Positions 20,613-29,887 of a stretch of 64,000 nucleotides of DNA are shown here, piece after piece (within the stretch, counting starts at the first letter, position 1; every line of letters starts with the position of its first letter). The notes beneath the pieces were generated by a model that saw nothing but the letters and a program-made list of their open reading frames with translations, did no database searches and was not told where the DNA came from. Source of the DNA: Candidatus Omnitrophota bacterium (GTDB lineage Bacteria > Omnitrophota > Gorgyraeia > Gorgyraeales > Gorgyraeaceae); the NCBI GenBank assembly GCA_043822665.1, contig JBDRBM010000034.1, positions 3,757-67,756 of the forward strand. The letters are read 5' to 3'. The translations under genes and the position numbers were made by a program.

Positions 20613-21185
20613 ATGAGAGTTGGCATACTCGGCGGCACGTTCGACCCAATACACAATGGGCATTTGTTCCTTGCGAAAAAGGCCCTGAAGAAACTTAAGC
20701 TCGATAAGATAATTTTTATACCCGCTTACCTTGCTCCTCATAAAACAAGGATCAGGGTTACGCCCACGGCGCATAGATACAATATGGTTAAACTTGCTCT
20801 TTTTGGAGAGAAAAAATTTGAGATCTCTGATATTGAAATCAAAAGAAAAGGTAAGTCATATTCTATTGATACACTGCGTCAATTTAAGCGGAGATACGGG
20901 CAGGATACAGAGATATTCTTTATAACAGGCTCTGATTCTTTAAGAGGTATTAATAAATGGAAGGATTTAGGGGGAATCCTGAGGCTTTGCAGGTTTGTCG
21001 TAGCCAAGCGTCCGGACTTCGAGATAAAAAATCTGCCGCGGGACTTTATCGTTATTGATATCGGCGCAAAGAATATTTCAGCATCAGATATACGCGATAA
21101 AGTACACGAAGGCGCTGATATAACAGGACTTGTTCCAAAAAAAGTCCGGGACTACATCAAAAGACACAGTCTTTATCTCGCTTAA
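20613..21185 (+). CDS. nadD: Nicotinate-nucleotide adenylyltransferase
   Basis: GGTFDPIHNGH and ISASDIR. ATG at 20613 gives MRVGILGG. Confidence 0.9.
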   Translation: MRVGILGGTFDPIHNGHLFLAKKALKKLKLDKIIFIPAYLAPHKTRIRVTPTAHRYNMVKLALFGEKKFEISDIEIKRKGKSYSIDTLRQFKRRYGQDTEIFFITGSDSLRGINKWKDLGGILRLCRFVVAKRPDFEIKNLPRDFIVIDIGAKNISASDIRDKVHEGADITGLVPKKVRDYIKRHSLYLA

Positions 21186-21313
21186 CTTGATAGTATAGGA
21201 AATTCCTTTTTGTAGGCACACATTAGTAGGGGACCCTTAAGGGTCCCCTACTAATGTGCATTAACTTGACCCTTCGACGCGGCCTTCGGCCTTGCTCAGG
21301 GTCAAGTTAATGC
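21180..21313 (+). repeat. MITE-like intergenic repeat, short form (copy B)
   Basis: GCTTAACTTGA ... TCAAGTTAATG inverted ends. Same box and same 18-bp hairpin (21219-21258). The left end overlaps the nadD stop codon. Confidence 0.8.
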
Positions 21314-21342
21314 CCTAAGACTGGAGAAAAACTGGAAAATAT

Positions 21343-21371
21343 TTGACAATTTTATGATATTGTGTTACAGT
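21343..21371 (+). promoter_or_regulatory. Sigma70-like promoter upstream of the small Zn-ribbon gene
   Basis: TTGACA (21343-21348), 17-nt spacer, TACAGT (21366-21371). About 90 nt upstream of ATG 21461. Confidence 0.55.
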
Positions 21372-21460
21372 TTATGAAAATGGGATTCAATAAATAATAA
21401 GATTACACAGATTAAAACCTGTTTAGGGTAATCTGGGAATCATTTAAAAGGAGGTGTCTA

Positions 21461-21607
21461 ATGGCACAAGGTTATTGCGTGAAGTGTAAGGCGAAGAAAG
21501 AAATGTCAGATGCAAAAGAAGTTACCATGAAGAACAAGAGAAGGGCAATGAAAGGGAAATGCCCTTCTTGCGGTACTAACATGTTTTGCATACTTGGCAA
21601 TAAATAG
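21461..21607 (+). CDS. Small zinc-ribbon protein (48 aa, DUF5679-like pattern)
   Basis: Not in the ORF track. AAAGGAGGTG SD sits 6 nt before the ATG. MAQGYCVKCKAKKEMSDAKEVTMKNKRRAMKGKCPSCGTNMFCILGNK, with CxxC...CxxC. Confidence 0.7.
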   Translation: MAQGYCVKCKAKKEMSDAKEVTMKNKRRAMKGKCPSCGTNMFCILGNK

Positions 21608-21627
21608 AATTAAATACGGAATCATAA

Positions 21628-22023
21628 GTGAGATCAAGACAAAAAGCGCTTTGCGTAGCAGAATTAGCTAATGTAAAAAAAGCTGAAGGTATTGTGATAT
21701 TAGATATGCGCAAGCTTTCTAATGTTACTGATTTTTTTATAATAATGACCTCTAGCTCTGCTACAAGATCACAGGCAATCGCGGACAATATAAAGGAAGG
21801 CCTGTTTAAGGCAGGCGAACCCATTTCGAGCATCGAAGGGTACAATGACACAGATTGGGTGCTTATAGATGCCCATAATGTCGTTGTTCATATATTCAAT
21901 AGAACAGCGAGATTGTTTTATAGCCTTGAGAGCCTATGGGCTGATGCGCGCAGAGTTAAACTATGTCAAAAAAATCAAAAAGCGACAAAGAAACCCTTGA
22001 AAAAAACCTTAAAAAGAAAATAA
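21628..22023 (+). CDS. rsfS: Ribosomal silencing factor RsfS (Iojap)
   Basis: VILDMRKLSNVTDFFIIMTSSSATRSQAIADNI and WVLIDAHNVVVHIF. GTG start; Lys-rich tail. Confidence 0.88.
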   Translation: MRSRQKALCVAELANVKKAEGIVILDMRKLSNVTDFFIIMTSSSATRSQAIADNIKEGLFKAGEPISSIEGYNDTDWVLIDAHNVVVHIFNRTARLFYSLESLWADARRVKLCQKNQKATKKPLKKTLKRK

Positions 22024-23093
22024 AAGAACTTTTCACCCTATATGATATTGGTAAATCTATAACATCCACTCTTCATCTGGACGAAGTTCTAAAACTCATC
22101 ACCAGAAAAGCCGCGAAGATAATGAACGCCTCTTCCTGTTCAATACGGCTTCTTAACGAAGCAAAGCAGGAGCTGGTCTTGAGGTGCGCCTATGGCCTTG
22201 ACCATGAGTCTCACAGGATTAAAAAGAGCCTTAAAGTTGGAGAGAGCATCGCCGGCAGAGTTGTTAAAAAGGGGAAACACTATATTATTAACGATCTTAG
22301 AAATGAGCGTCATTACAAATATCCTCATCTCGCAAGACAAAAAGGCCTTCGTTCGCTTGTGACCGTGCCTCTTGTGCAAAAGAGCAGGATAGTAGGAGTT
22401 CTCAGTATCTACAGTAAGAAACCAGGCATGTATACAGACGAAGACGCAAGGCTTCTTTCTATGTTTGCCAGCCAGGCGGCAATTGCCATAGAAAATGCGA
22501 GGCTTTATGAGCAGGCAGAGACAAGCTATATCAATACTATCAGGACGCTATCGAATATCATTGATGCCAAGGACAGCCATACTTACGGACATTCAGAGCG
22601 CGTGATGGATCACTCTATGAACATAGCTAAAGAGCTGGGGCTTGATGGCCGTGATATTGAGACATTGAAGTACGCAAGCCTTTTGCACGATATAGGGAAA
22701 ATAGGCATAGATGTCGGCATACTCAGGAAGCCGTCAATGCTTACGGATGAAGAGTGGAAGATAATGATAATGCACCCTGTCCTGGGTTCAAGTATAGTAG
22801 AGCAGATAGGATTTTTAAATGACCTGGCGCCGATTATAATGCGTCACCACGAAAGATATGACGGTAAAGGTTACCCTGGCAGGCTGAAAAAAAATAAGAT
22901 ACCGATAGGGGCCAGGATACTTTCTGTCGCGGATGCCTATGAATCCATGGTCTCGGACAGGCCCTACAGAAAGGCCCTGTCGCTTAAAAAGGCCGAAGAA
23001 GAGCTTTTAAAGAACTCAGGTACTCAATTTGACCCCAAAATAGTCAGGGTATTCGTGAAGATGCTGAACAGGGAGAGAAGACGGGAAAAGTAG
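21963..23093 (+). CDS. GAF-domain / HD-GYP-domain protein (probable c-di-GMP phosphodiesterase)
   Basis: N-terminal GAF-like region, then HSERVMDHS, LLHDIGKIGI and HHERYDGKGYPGRL (HD-GYP signature). Confidence 0.85.
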   Translation: MSKKSKSDKETLEKNLKKKIKELFTLYDIGKSITSTLHLDEVLKLITRKAAKIMNASSCSIRLLNEAKQELVLRCAYGLDHESHRIKKSLKVGESIAGRVVKKGKHYIINDLRNERHYKYPHLARQKGLRSLVTVPLVQKSRIVGVLSIYSKKPGMYTDEDARLLSMFASQAAIAIENARLYEQAETSYINTIRTLSNIIDAKDSHTYGHSERVMDHSMNIAKELGLDGRDIETLKYASLLHDIGKIGIDVGILRKPSMLTDEEWKIMIMHPVLGSSIVEQIGFLNDLAPIIMRHHERYDGKGYPGRLKKNKIPIGARILSVADAYESMVSDRPYRKALSLKKAEEELLKNSGTQFDPKIVRVFVKMLNRERRREK

Positions 23094-23112
23094 CGAGTTA
23101 TTATTGATAACC

Positions 23113-23156
23113 ATCGAATTGCCATGATAGATAATAAGCGGCAATTCGATTTTTTA
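23113..23156 (+). terminator. Intrinsic terminator after the HD-GYP gene
   Basis: 11-bp perfect stem ATCGAATTGCC / GGCAATTCGAT followed by TTTTT. Confidence 0.75.
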
Positions 23157-23163
23157 TGGCAGG

Positions 23164-24840
23164 ATGCCTAGGTTTGGCCTCGACAAGTCTCATATGGCGG
23201 ATCTAAAAAAGAAAATAACATGTCTTGTGCGCGAGAGCGCTATAAAGTCGTTTCCCGGCTGCGAGGAAGGCCTTCTGTCCAGCATATGCCTGGAAAACCC
23301 CAGGGAAAAACGGTTCGGGGACTTTTCTTCCAATATCGCCATGCGTATTACTAAATTCGTGAAAAAACCCCCTGTTGAAATAGCCGCTGCTATAATAGAC
23401 GAAATAAAAAAGGCGCCTAAATGCGACAGCTTGATAAGAGAGATTAAGATAGAAAAACCAGGGTTTATAAATTTTTATATTTTAGATAGCGCCGTAAAGT
23501 CCGCGCTTGGGGATATTTTAAAAGAATCAACGAATTTCGGCAGGTCATTGGCCGGCAAAGGCAGGAAGGTGCAGATAGAGTTCGTAAGCGCGAACCCTAC
23601 AGGGCCGTTGACGGTTGCGCATGGCAGACAGGCGGCAATAGGGGATAGCCTTGCCAGGATCTTGGAATATACGGGATATAAAGTTACGCGCGAGTATTAT
23701 ATAAATGACGAGGGTGTTCAGATGGGTATTCTCGCCAAATCCGTAAAGGCGCGCTTTATGGAGTTATCGGGATTGCCTTCGGAATTTCCCGAAAACGGTT
23801 ACAAAGGCGGATATATACATGATATCGCAAAAGAGATCAAAGGATCGGTAAAGGCCGGCGAACTGCCTAATGACCAATACTTTATGGATTACGCATACAA
23901 GAGAATGATGGACGCCATAAAAAAAGACCTATCCGATTTTGGCGTTGAGTTTGATGTGTGGTTCAGCCAGAAAAAACTTTCAAAGTCGGGCAAGATAAAA
24001 AAAGCGCTGGAAATTTTAAAGAAAAAAAATTTTATATATGAAAAAGACGGGGCTACCTGGTTTAGGTCCACGGCCTTGGGAGATGACAAGGATAGGGTAG
24101 TGATAAAAAATGACGGGAGCTATACTTATCTCGCGCCTGATATCGCCTATCATGAAGAAAAATTCGAGAATGGATACGAGAAAGTGATAAACATCTGGGG
24201 TCCCGATCATCATGGTTATGTAAATAGGGTTAAGGCGGCGTGTCAGGCCCTTGGTTTTGACAAAGGCAGGTTGTCGATATTGATTGCCCAGCTCGTTACT
24301 CTGTACAGGGACAAAAAGCCTGTGCGCATGTCCACCAGGGAAGGCGAATTTATAACATTGCGGCAGGTAATAGACGAGGTCGGAAAAGACGTAGGCAGGT
24401 TCTTTTTTATAATGAGGCGGACAGATAGTCATCTGGATTTTGACCTTGAGCTGGCAAAGGCAAGGACCATGGATAATCCCGTCTATTATATTCAATATGC
24501 GCATGCCCGCATCTCAAGCGCGATAAATTTCTCAGGGAATATAAAACCAGACCCAAGTTGCCTTAGCCTTTTGGACAAAGAAGAAGAGATCGATGTTATC
24601 AAGGCCTTGATAAATTATCCGTATATCATAGAGGCATCGGCTGCAAATCTCGAGCCCTTTATACTCCTATTATACTTGCAGGATCTCGCCAGAGCCTTTC
24701 ACTCCTATTACGATTCTTGTCGCTTTGTGACAGACGATAAGCAAATCACAAAAGCAAGGATCGCGCTTATATACGCCGCAAGATCAGTGTTTTCCAGCGG
24801 CTTAAAACTCTTGGGAGTAGCCGCGCCGGATAAAATGTGA
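23164..24840 (+). CDS. argS: Arginine--tRNA ligase
   Basis: FVSANPTGPLTVAHGR and RMSTREGEF; 558 aa. A start at 23194 is also possible. Confidence 0.93.
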   Translation: MPRFGLDKSHMADLKKKITCLVRESAIKSFPGCEEGLLSSICLENPREKRFGDFSSNIAMRITKFVKKPPVEIAAAIIDEIKKAPKCDSLIREIKIEKPGFINFYILDSAVKSALGDILKESTNFGRSLAGKGRKVQIEFVSANPTGPLTVAHGRQAAIGDSLARILEYTGYKVTREYYINDEGVQMGILAKSVKARFMELSGLPSEFPENGYKGGYIHDIAKEIKGSVKAGELPNDQYFMDYAYKRMMDAIKKDLSDFGVEFDVWFSQKKLSKSGKIKKALEILKKKNFIYEKDGATWFRSTALGDDKDRVVIKNDGSYTYLAPDIAYHEEKFENGYEKVINIWGPDHHGYVNRVKAACQALGFDKGRLSILIAQLVTLYRDKKPVRMSTREGEFITLRQVIDEVGKDVGRFFFIMRRTDSHLDFDLELAKARTMDNPVYYIQYAHARISSAINFSGNIKPDPSCLSLLDKEEEIDVIKALINYPYIIEASAANLEPFILLLYLQDLARAFHSYYDSCRFVTDDKQITKARIALIYAARSVFSSGLKLLGVAAPDKM

Positions 24841-24899
24841 TACACCGAGTGTAGTTCTAAAGCTCGGGTGAATAACCCTACCCACGCGCTTATTTATAA

Positions 24900-26795
24900 A
24901 TGTTTGAATCAATTAAGATTTATAAAGGAGAAGATTTAGATTATAATGCGCTGGCCAGAGACCTTGTCCTGTATGGCTATGAAAGATGCCAGAGGATTTC
25001 TGAGTCAGGTGATTTCAGCATGCGCGGGGGCATCGTAGACATATTCCCGCCAACATTTGACGGCCCGGTGCGCGTTGAGCTGAATGGAAACAAGGTAGAA
25101 TCCATAAGAAGTTTTAGTATTGCCTCTAATGAGCCTCTCGAAGAACACTCCATAGTAATAATACTGCCAAAGCTCGGCCTGTATCCAAAGAAAAAAAGGT
25201 CTAAAGTCTCAGGCCTTGGCGAAAAACTGCCGCTCGGATCATTTATTGACGTAAGCCTTAATGACTATGTAGTGCACGTTGATCATGGCATAGGTATTTT
25301 TAAGGGGTTTGAGAAAATTAAATTCAAGGGAGAGGATAAGGACCATATTGTAATAGAGTACGCGGGCGGCGATAAACTATACGTGCCCATAGAAGAAATG
25401 CATCTTATGCAGAGGTACGTGGGTTTTGATAAAAAACCCCCTAAGATATACAAGCTTGGCGGAAAGGTGTGGAGCAAGGCAAAGGAGAAGGCCAAGAAAG
25501 GTATTTACTCAATGGCATTTGAGTTACTAGAGATAAATGCCATGCGCAGCAAGTTGGATGGATACGCGTTTCCAAAAGATACTGACTGGCAGGTAGAATT
25601 TGAGAAAAAATTTCCGTTTAAAGAGACACCGGACCAGACACGCTCTATGCAAGAGGTAAAAAAAGATATGGAATCAAAAAGGCCCATGGACAGGCTTTTA
25701 TGCGGGGATGTGGGTTACGGCAAGACAGAGGTTGCGCTGCGCGCGGCATTTAAGGCTATAATGAGCAATAAACAGGTTGCGATGCTTGTCCCGACTACAT
25801 TATTGGCCGAACAACACTTTATTACGTTTAGCAGCAGGATGCGGGATTTTCCAGTAAGAGCGGAATTGATCTGCAGGTTCAGGACACGGAAACAGATTGA
25901 CAGGATGCTAAAAGATGTTGAGATCGGCGCGGTAGACATATTAATAGGCACCCATGCTATCTTAAGAAAGGATATAAAGTTTAAAGACATGGGCCTCGTT
26001 ATTATAGACGAAGAACAGAGATTCGGGGTAAAAGATAAGGAAAGACTAAAAAAGATTCGGCTTTTAGTGGATGTGTTGACGCTGACCGCGACACCTATCC
26101 CCAGAACGCTATACATGTCGCTTATGGATATAAAAGACATGTCTATAATAGAGACACCTCCGCAGGACAGACTGCCTGTTGAGGTCTTTGTCGCGGAATA
26201 CCATGATGAACTTGTGAGAAAGGCGATTATTAAGGAAAAAAAGAGGGGAGGACAGGTATTTTTTATCCACAATAGGATTCAAGGCATAGACAAGGTTGCG
26301 TCCAGGATTTCAAAGCTGGTGCCTGAGGCAAGGCTGGACATTGCGCATGGCAAGATGCGGCCCAGAGAACTCGAGAAGGTGATGATGGAATTTATAAAAG
26401 GAAACATTGACGTTCTTGTGTGTACAGTTATAATAGAGTCCGGGATAGACATACCTAACGCTAATACCCTTATTGTGAATCGGGCCGATATGTTCGGGCT
26501 GGCAGATCTATATCAGTTAAAAGGCAGGGTCGGCAGATTTAAAAACAAGGCATATGCCTATTTCCTTGTGCCAAAAGGCAGGGCTATAAGCAGTGAATCA
26601 GAGAGAAGGCTTGAGGCCATCGAACGCTACAGGGAGCTGGGTTCAGGGTTCAAGATTGCAATGGAGGACCTGGAGATAAGGGGCGCGGGGAATCTGCTTG
26701 GCCGTCAGCAGCATGGCTATATATCAGAGATAGGGTTTGATCTTTATTGCAGGATGATGAAAGAAGTGGCGGCAAAAACTACGAGGAGTTTATGA
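24900..26795 (+). CDS. mfd: Transcription-repair coupling factor, compact 631-aa form
   Basis: RGGIVDIFP...VRVELNGNKVESIRSF (UvrB-homology piece). RNAP-interaction DYVVHVDHGIGIFKGF. SF2 motifs GDVGYGKTEVA, IIDEEQRFG and QLKGRVGR. The protein ends just after the TRG-like region. Confidence 0.85.
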   Translation: MFESIKIYKGEDLDYNALARDLVLYGYERCQRISESGDFSMRGGIVDIFPPTFDGPVRVELNGNKVESIRSFSIASNEPLEEHSIVIILPKLGLYPKKKRSKVSGLGEKLPLGSFIDVSLNDYVVHVDHGIGIFKGFEKIKFKGEDKDHIVIEYAGGDKLYVPIEEMHLMQRYVGFDKKPPKIYKLGGKVWSKAKEKAKKGIYSMAFELLEINAMRSKLDGYAFPKDTDWQVEFEKKFPFKETPDQTRSMQEVKKDMESKRPMDRLLCGDVGYGKTEVALRAAFKAIMSNKQVAMLVPTTLLAEQHFITFSSRMRDFPVRAELICRFRTRKQIDRMLKDVEIGAVDILIGTHAILRKDIKFKDMGLVIIDEEQRFGVKDKERLKKIRLLVDVLTLTATPIPRTLYMSLMDIKDMSIIETPPQDRLPVEVFVAEYHDELVRKAIIKEKKRGGQVFFIHNRIQGIDKVASRISKLVPEARLDIAHGKMRPRELEKVMMEFIKGNIDVLVCTVIIESGIDIPNANTLIVNRADMFGLADLYQLKGRVGRFKNKAYAYFLVPKGRAISSESERRLEAIERYRELGSGFKIAMEDLEIRGAGNLLGRQQHGYISEIGFDLYCRMMKEVAAKTTRSL

Positions 26796-27742
26796 GTAAA
26801 TTTACAAAACTCATCTTTTTAATATTATTTATTATAATACCGGCGCAGGCAGGCGCTCAGTTGGTTAATAAGGTAGTCGCTGTGATTAATGACGAAATTA
26901 TAACGCAACAGGATGTCGAACATTTATTGGCTATACTATATGCGCAGTATGTTCAAGGGTATAAAAGCGATGAGCTGATCGCGAAAATGGAAGAGGCAAG
27001 AAAAGACATCCTGAAACAAATGATAGAAGATAAGCTCATACTTAGCCGGGCCAAAGAACTTAATATAAGAGTCAGGGATGAGGAGGTTAAGGACAAACTG
27101 AATTATATAAAAAGCGATTTTCCATCAGAAGAGGCCTTTACTGATACGCTAATGACCCAGGGGATTACTATATCAGACCTCAATAACAGGTATCGAGACC
27201 AGATACTGATGAAAAAGGTTGTTGATTTTGAAGTACGCTCAAAGGTAAATGTCCTGCCTTCAGAAATAACAGAGTATTATGAAAAGCACAGGGAAGATTT
27301 TAAGCTTAATGAAAGGCGCAGGGCAAGGCATATTCTTATCAAAGCTGAAAACGATGTTACCTATGAACTGTCAAAAGTGGAAATAGAGGATATCCGCGAT
27401 AATCTTAAACAGGGCCAGGATTTCGCGGAATTGGCCGCGCGGTATTCGCAGGACCCGAACAGAGAACAAGGCGGCGATATGGGCTATGTTAAGAAAGGCG
27501 AGATGCTCCCCGAATTAGAAAATGTAATATTTAACCTGAAGCCTGGCGAATTTTCAGAGCCAGTAAGAAGCAAAATAGGGTATCATATTTTTAAGGTAGA
27601 GGATATTACGTATTCCGGTTATATGAGCCTTGAAGATGTTCAGGGAGATGTCAGAGCACTGCTTTTTCAGCAGAAGATGAGAAAGAAATTAAATGAATGG
27701 CTGGCTGACCTCAGGTCAAAGGCATATATTGACATAAAATAA
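26792..27742 (+). CDS. SurA-like periplasmic parvulin-type peptidyl-prolyl isomerase
   Basis: Signal peptide MSKFTKLIFLILFIIIPAQAGA. PpiC domain RARHILIKAEN, GGDMGYVKKGEM and IGYHIFKVEDI. The ATG overlaps the mfd stop (ATGA). Confidence 0.85.
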   Translation: MSKFTKLIFLILFIIIPAQAGAQLVNKVVAVINDEIITQQDVEHLLAILYAQYVQGYKSDELIAKMEEARKDILKQMIEDKLILSRAKELNIRVRDEEVKDKLNYIKSDFPSEEAFTDTLMTQGITISDLNNRYRDQILMKKVVDFEVRSKVNVLPSEITEYYEKHREDFKLNERRRARHILIKAENDVTYELSKVEIEDIRDNLKQGQDFAELAARYSQDPNREQGGDMGYVKKGEMLPELENVIFNLKPGEFSEPVRSKIGYHIFKVEDITYSGYMSLEDVQGDVRALLFQQKMRKKLNEWLADLRSKAYIDIK

Positions 27743-27748
27743 CCCGAC

Positions 27749-27833
27749 AGTATAGGAACTTCCTTTTTAAGTCGTTGTAGGGGCGTCATTTATGGCGCCT
27801 GTTGATGCGGGTCGGATGAATCCGACCCCTACA
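27749..27833 (+). repeat. Related intergenic element (box plus nested hairpins)
   Basis: AGTATAGGAACTTCCTTTTT box. TGTAGGGG...CCCCTACA outer stem encloses two inner hairpins (GGCGTCA..TGGCGCC and GGGTCGGA-TGAA-TCCGACCC). Confidence 0.7.
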
Positions 27834-27864
27834 AAGTTCGCCCGGAGGGCGTTAAATTTTTGCT

Positions 27865-28731
27865 ATGAAAAAACCCCTGATACTAATTACCACCGGTGAT
27901 CCCAGGGGGATAGGCCCTGAGATCACTAAAAAAGCGCTTAAGGATCCGCGTATAATAAAAATGGCGGATTTTTTTGTTATAAGATCTACTGACAAGACAG
28001 GGTTCAGCGCCATACAAAAGGCCGTTACTATATTGAAACAAGGCAGGGCACAAGGGCTGGTTACCGGCCCAGTCAATAAAATAGCTATAGCTAGAACAGG
28101 TATATCATTCAAAGGCCACACTGAATATCTTGCGGAGGCAACAAATACCCGTAAATTTGCGATGATGTTTTACTCAAAACCTATGAATGTGACTATAGTG
28201 ACGCGGCATTTGCCGTTAAAGCAGGTTCCAAAGTCTTTGACGCAAGACATTATTGAGACAGCTATTGCTTTAACAAACAGCGCGCTGAAGAAATATTTTA
28301 AAATAAAAAGGCCGCGCATAGGTGTCTGCGGGCTTAACCCTCATTCCGGAGAGCAAGGCTTAATGGGTAGTGAAGAGAGAAAGATAATTACGCCGGCAAT
28401 TAAAAGGGCATTGAGAGATGCGCCGGGTACCCGAGGCCCATTACCCGGAGACATCGCATTCTATATGGCATATCAGGGTATGTTTGACGCGGTTGTGGCC
28501 ATGTATCATGATCAGGGCCTGGCGCCCTTCAAAATGCTCGCCTTTAATAATGGCGTTAATGTGACTCTTGGCTTGCCGTTTGTCAGGACATCTCCGGATC
28601 ACGGCACCGCGTATGACATAGCCGGTAAAGGGATTGCGGATCCTGGCTCCATGAAGGAGGCCATGATATTAGCGGCTCGCATGTGCTTGCGGGATTGCGC
28701 TGCCTGTAAAAAGGAAATTCCTATACCGTGA
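27865..28731 (+). CDS. pdxA: 4-hydroxythreonine-4-phosphate dehydrogenase
   Basis: TTGDPRGIGPEI, KGHTEYLA, GLNPHSGEQG, MYHDQGLAP and RTSPDHGTAYDIAG. Confidence 0.9.
   Translation: MKKPLILITTGDPRGIGPEITKKALKDPRIIKMADFFVIRSTDKTGFSAIQKAVTILKQGRAQGLVTGPVNKIAIARTGISFKGHTEYLAEATNTRKFAMMFYSKPMNVTIVTRHLPLKQVPKSLTQDIIETAIALTNSALKKYFKIKRPRIGVCGLNPHSGEQGLMGSEERKIITPAIKRALRDAPGTRGPLPGDIAFYMAYQGMFDAVVAMYHDQGLAPFKMLAFNNGVNVTLGLPFVRTSPDHGTAYDIAGKGIADPGSMKEAMILAARMCLRDCAACKKEIPIP
28708..28726 (-). repeat. Inverted copy of the AGGAAATTCCT box inside the last codons of pdxA
   Basis: The + strand reads AAAAAGGAAATTCCTATAC, the reverse complement of the GTATAGGAAATTCCTTTTT box seen after six other genes. Confidence 0.6.
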
Positions 28732-29570
28732 ACTTAGGCAGGACAAGATCTGAACTCAGAAAATATAATATCAGGCCCAGCAAAAGACTCGGGCAGAATT
28801 TTCTGATAGACGCGAATATACAGGATAAGATAATCAATGCTATTGGCGTAGACACCGGAGATGTAATACTTGAGATAGGACCCGGGTTTGGGACTTTAAC
28901 AGAAAGGCTTTGTAATAACGCAGAGAAGGTAATAGCGGTAGAAAAAGATAAAAGACTCTGTGATTTTTTGTCGGTAAATAATCCCGCCGGTAATTTAGAA
29001 ATAATCAACGCCGATATACTTGATTACCTCGACGGCATTGACGCGATAAATGAAAATCTCAAGGTTGTCGGAAACCTACCGTATTATATATCCAGCCCAA
29101 TCATAATCCGGCTGATCAAAAAGAGGGGATTCTTTCGCGCTATTTTTGTCACTGTCCAGAAGGAATTTGCTGACAGGCTTGTTGCCGGACCTGGTACAAA
29201 GGAATACGGCTCCATATCATGTTTCGCGCAGTTTTATACAGACCCTGCCATTATGTTCAATATTGGCAGGAAATGCTTTTACCCCGCGCCCAAAGTGGAA
29301 TCCTCATTTGTGCGTTTGGCCGTCAGAGAAAAAGGTCTTTACTTGACGGATGAAGAAAAACTGTTTAAAATAATAAGGACAAGTTTTGGCAAGAGGAGGA
29401 AGACGATACTTAATTCTCTGAAATCATGCGACTTGTTTTCATCCTCGAAAGAGATAATAGAGGCCCTTGGCCGGGCCGGCATATCACATAACAGGCGGCC
29501 TGAAACTGTTTCACTGGAAGAATTCATAAGGCTGACAAAGGAGTCGTCTATATTCGGTCTCGGATCTTAG
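28728..29570 (+). CDS. rsmA: 16S rRNA (adenine1518/1519-N6)-dimethyltransferase
   Basis: RLGQNFLIDANI and SAM motif LEIGPGFGTLT. GTG start overlapping the pdxA stop. Confidence 0.92.
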   Translation: MNLGRTRSELRKYNIRPSKRLGQNFLIDANIQDKIINAIGVDTGDVILEIGPGFGTLTERLCNNAEKVIAVEKDKRLCDFLSVNNPAGNLEIINADILDYLDGIDAINENLKVVGNLPYYISSPIIIRLIKKRGFFRAIFVTVQKEFADRLVAGPGTKEYGSISCFAQFYTDPAIMFNIGRKCFYPAPKVESSFVRLAVREKGLYLTDEEKLFKIIRTSFGKRRKTILNSLKSCDLFSSSKEIIEALGRAGISHNRRPETVSLEEFIRLTKESSIFGLGS

Positions 29571-29596
29571 GCGCGGCTTCTGTAAGGTTGTTAATT

Positions 29597-29887
29597 ATGG
29601 CAATAACCAAAGATACAGTTAAATATGTGGCGAATCTCGCCAGGATAGAATTGTCGGAAAAAGAGATAGAGTATTTTACCGGCCAGTTGGATCGCATACT
29701 CGAATATGTCCATAAGATCAAGACGCTTGATGTGGAGGGGCTTGAGCCTACCAGTCATGTCCTGGAGATAAAGAATGTCTATAGGGATGACAGGATAAAG
29801 GATTCACTGCCTGTTTCAGAGGTCATGAAGAACGCGCCGGCCAAAGAAAATAATTTATTCAAGGTTAAAAAGATTATAGAGGCATAA
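29597..29887 (+). CDS. gatC: Glu/Asp-tRNA amidotransferase subunit C
   Basis: [28 protein letters not shown]; precedes gatA. Confidence 0.9.
   Translation: MAITKDTVKYVANLARIELSEKEIEYFTGQLDRILEYVHKIKTLDVEGLEPTSHVLEIKNVYRDDRIKDSLPVSEVMKNAPAKENNLFKVKKIIEA

Noticed and set aside
27776-27833. Multi-hairpin element that superficially looks cloverleaf-like (possible tRNA)
   Set aside because: It is only ~58 nt, has no T-loop (GTTCRA) or D-loop consensus and no anticodon arm of the right geometry. It belongs to the TAGGGG/CCCCTA hairpin repeat family.
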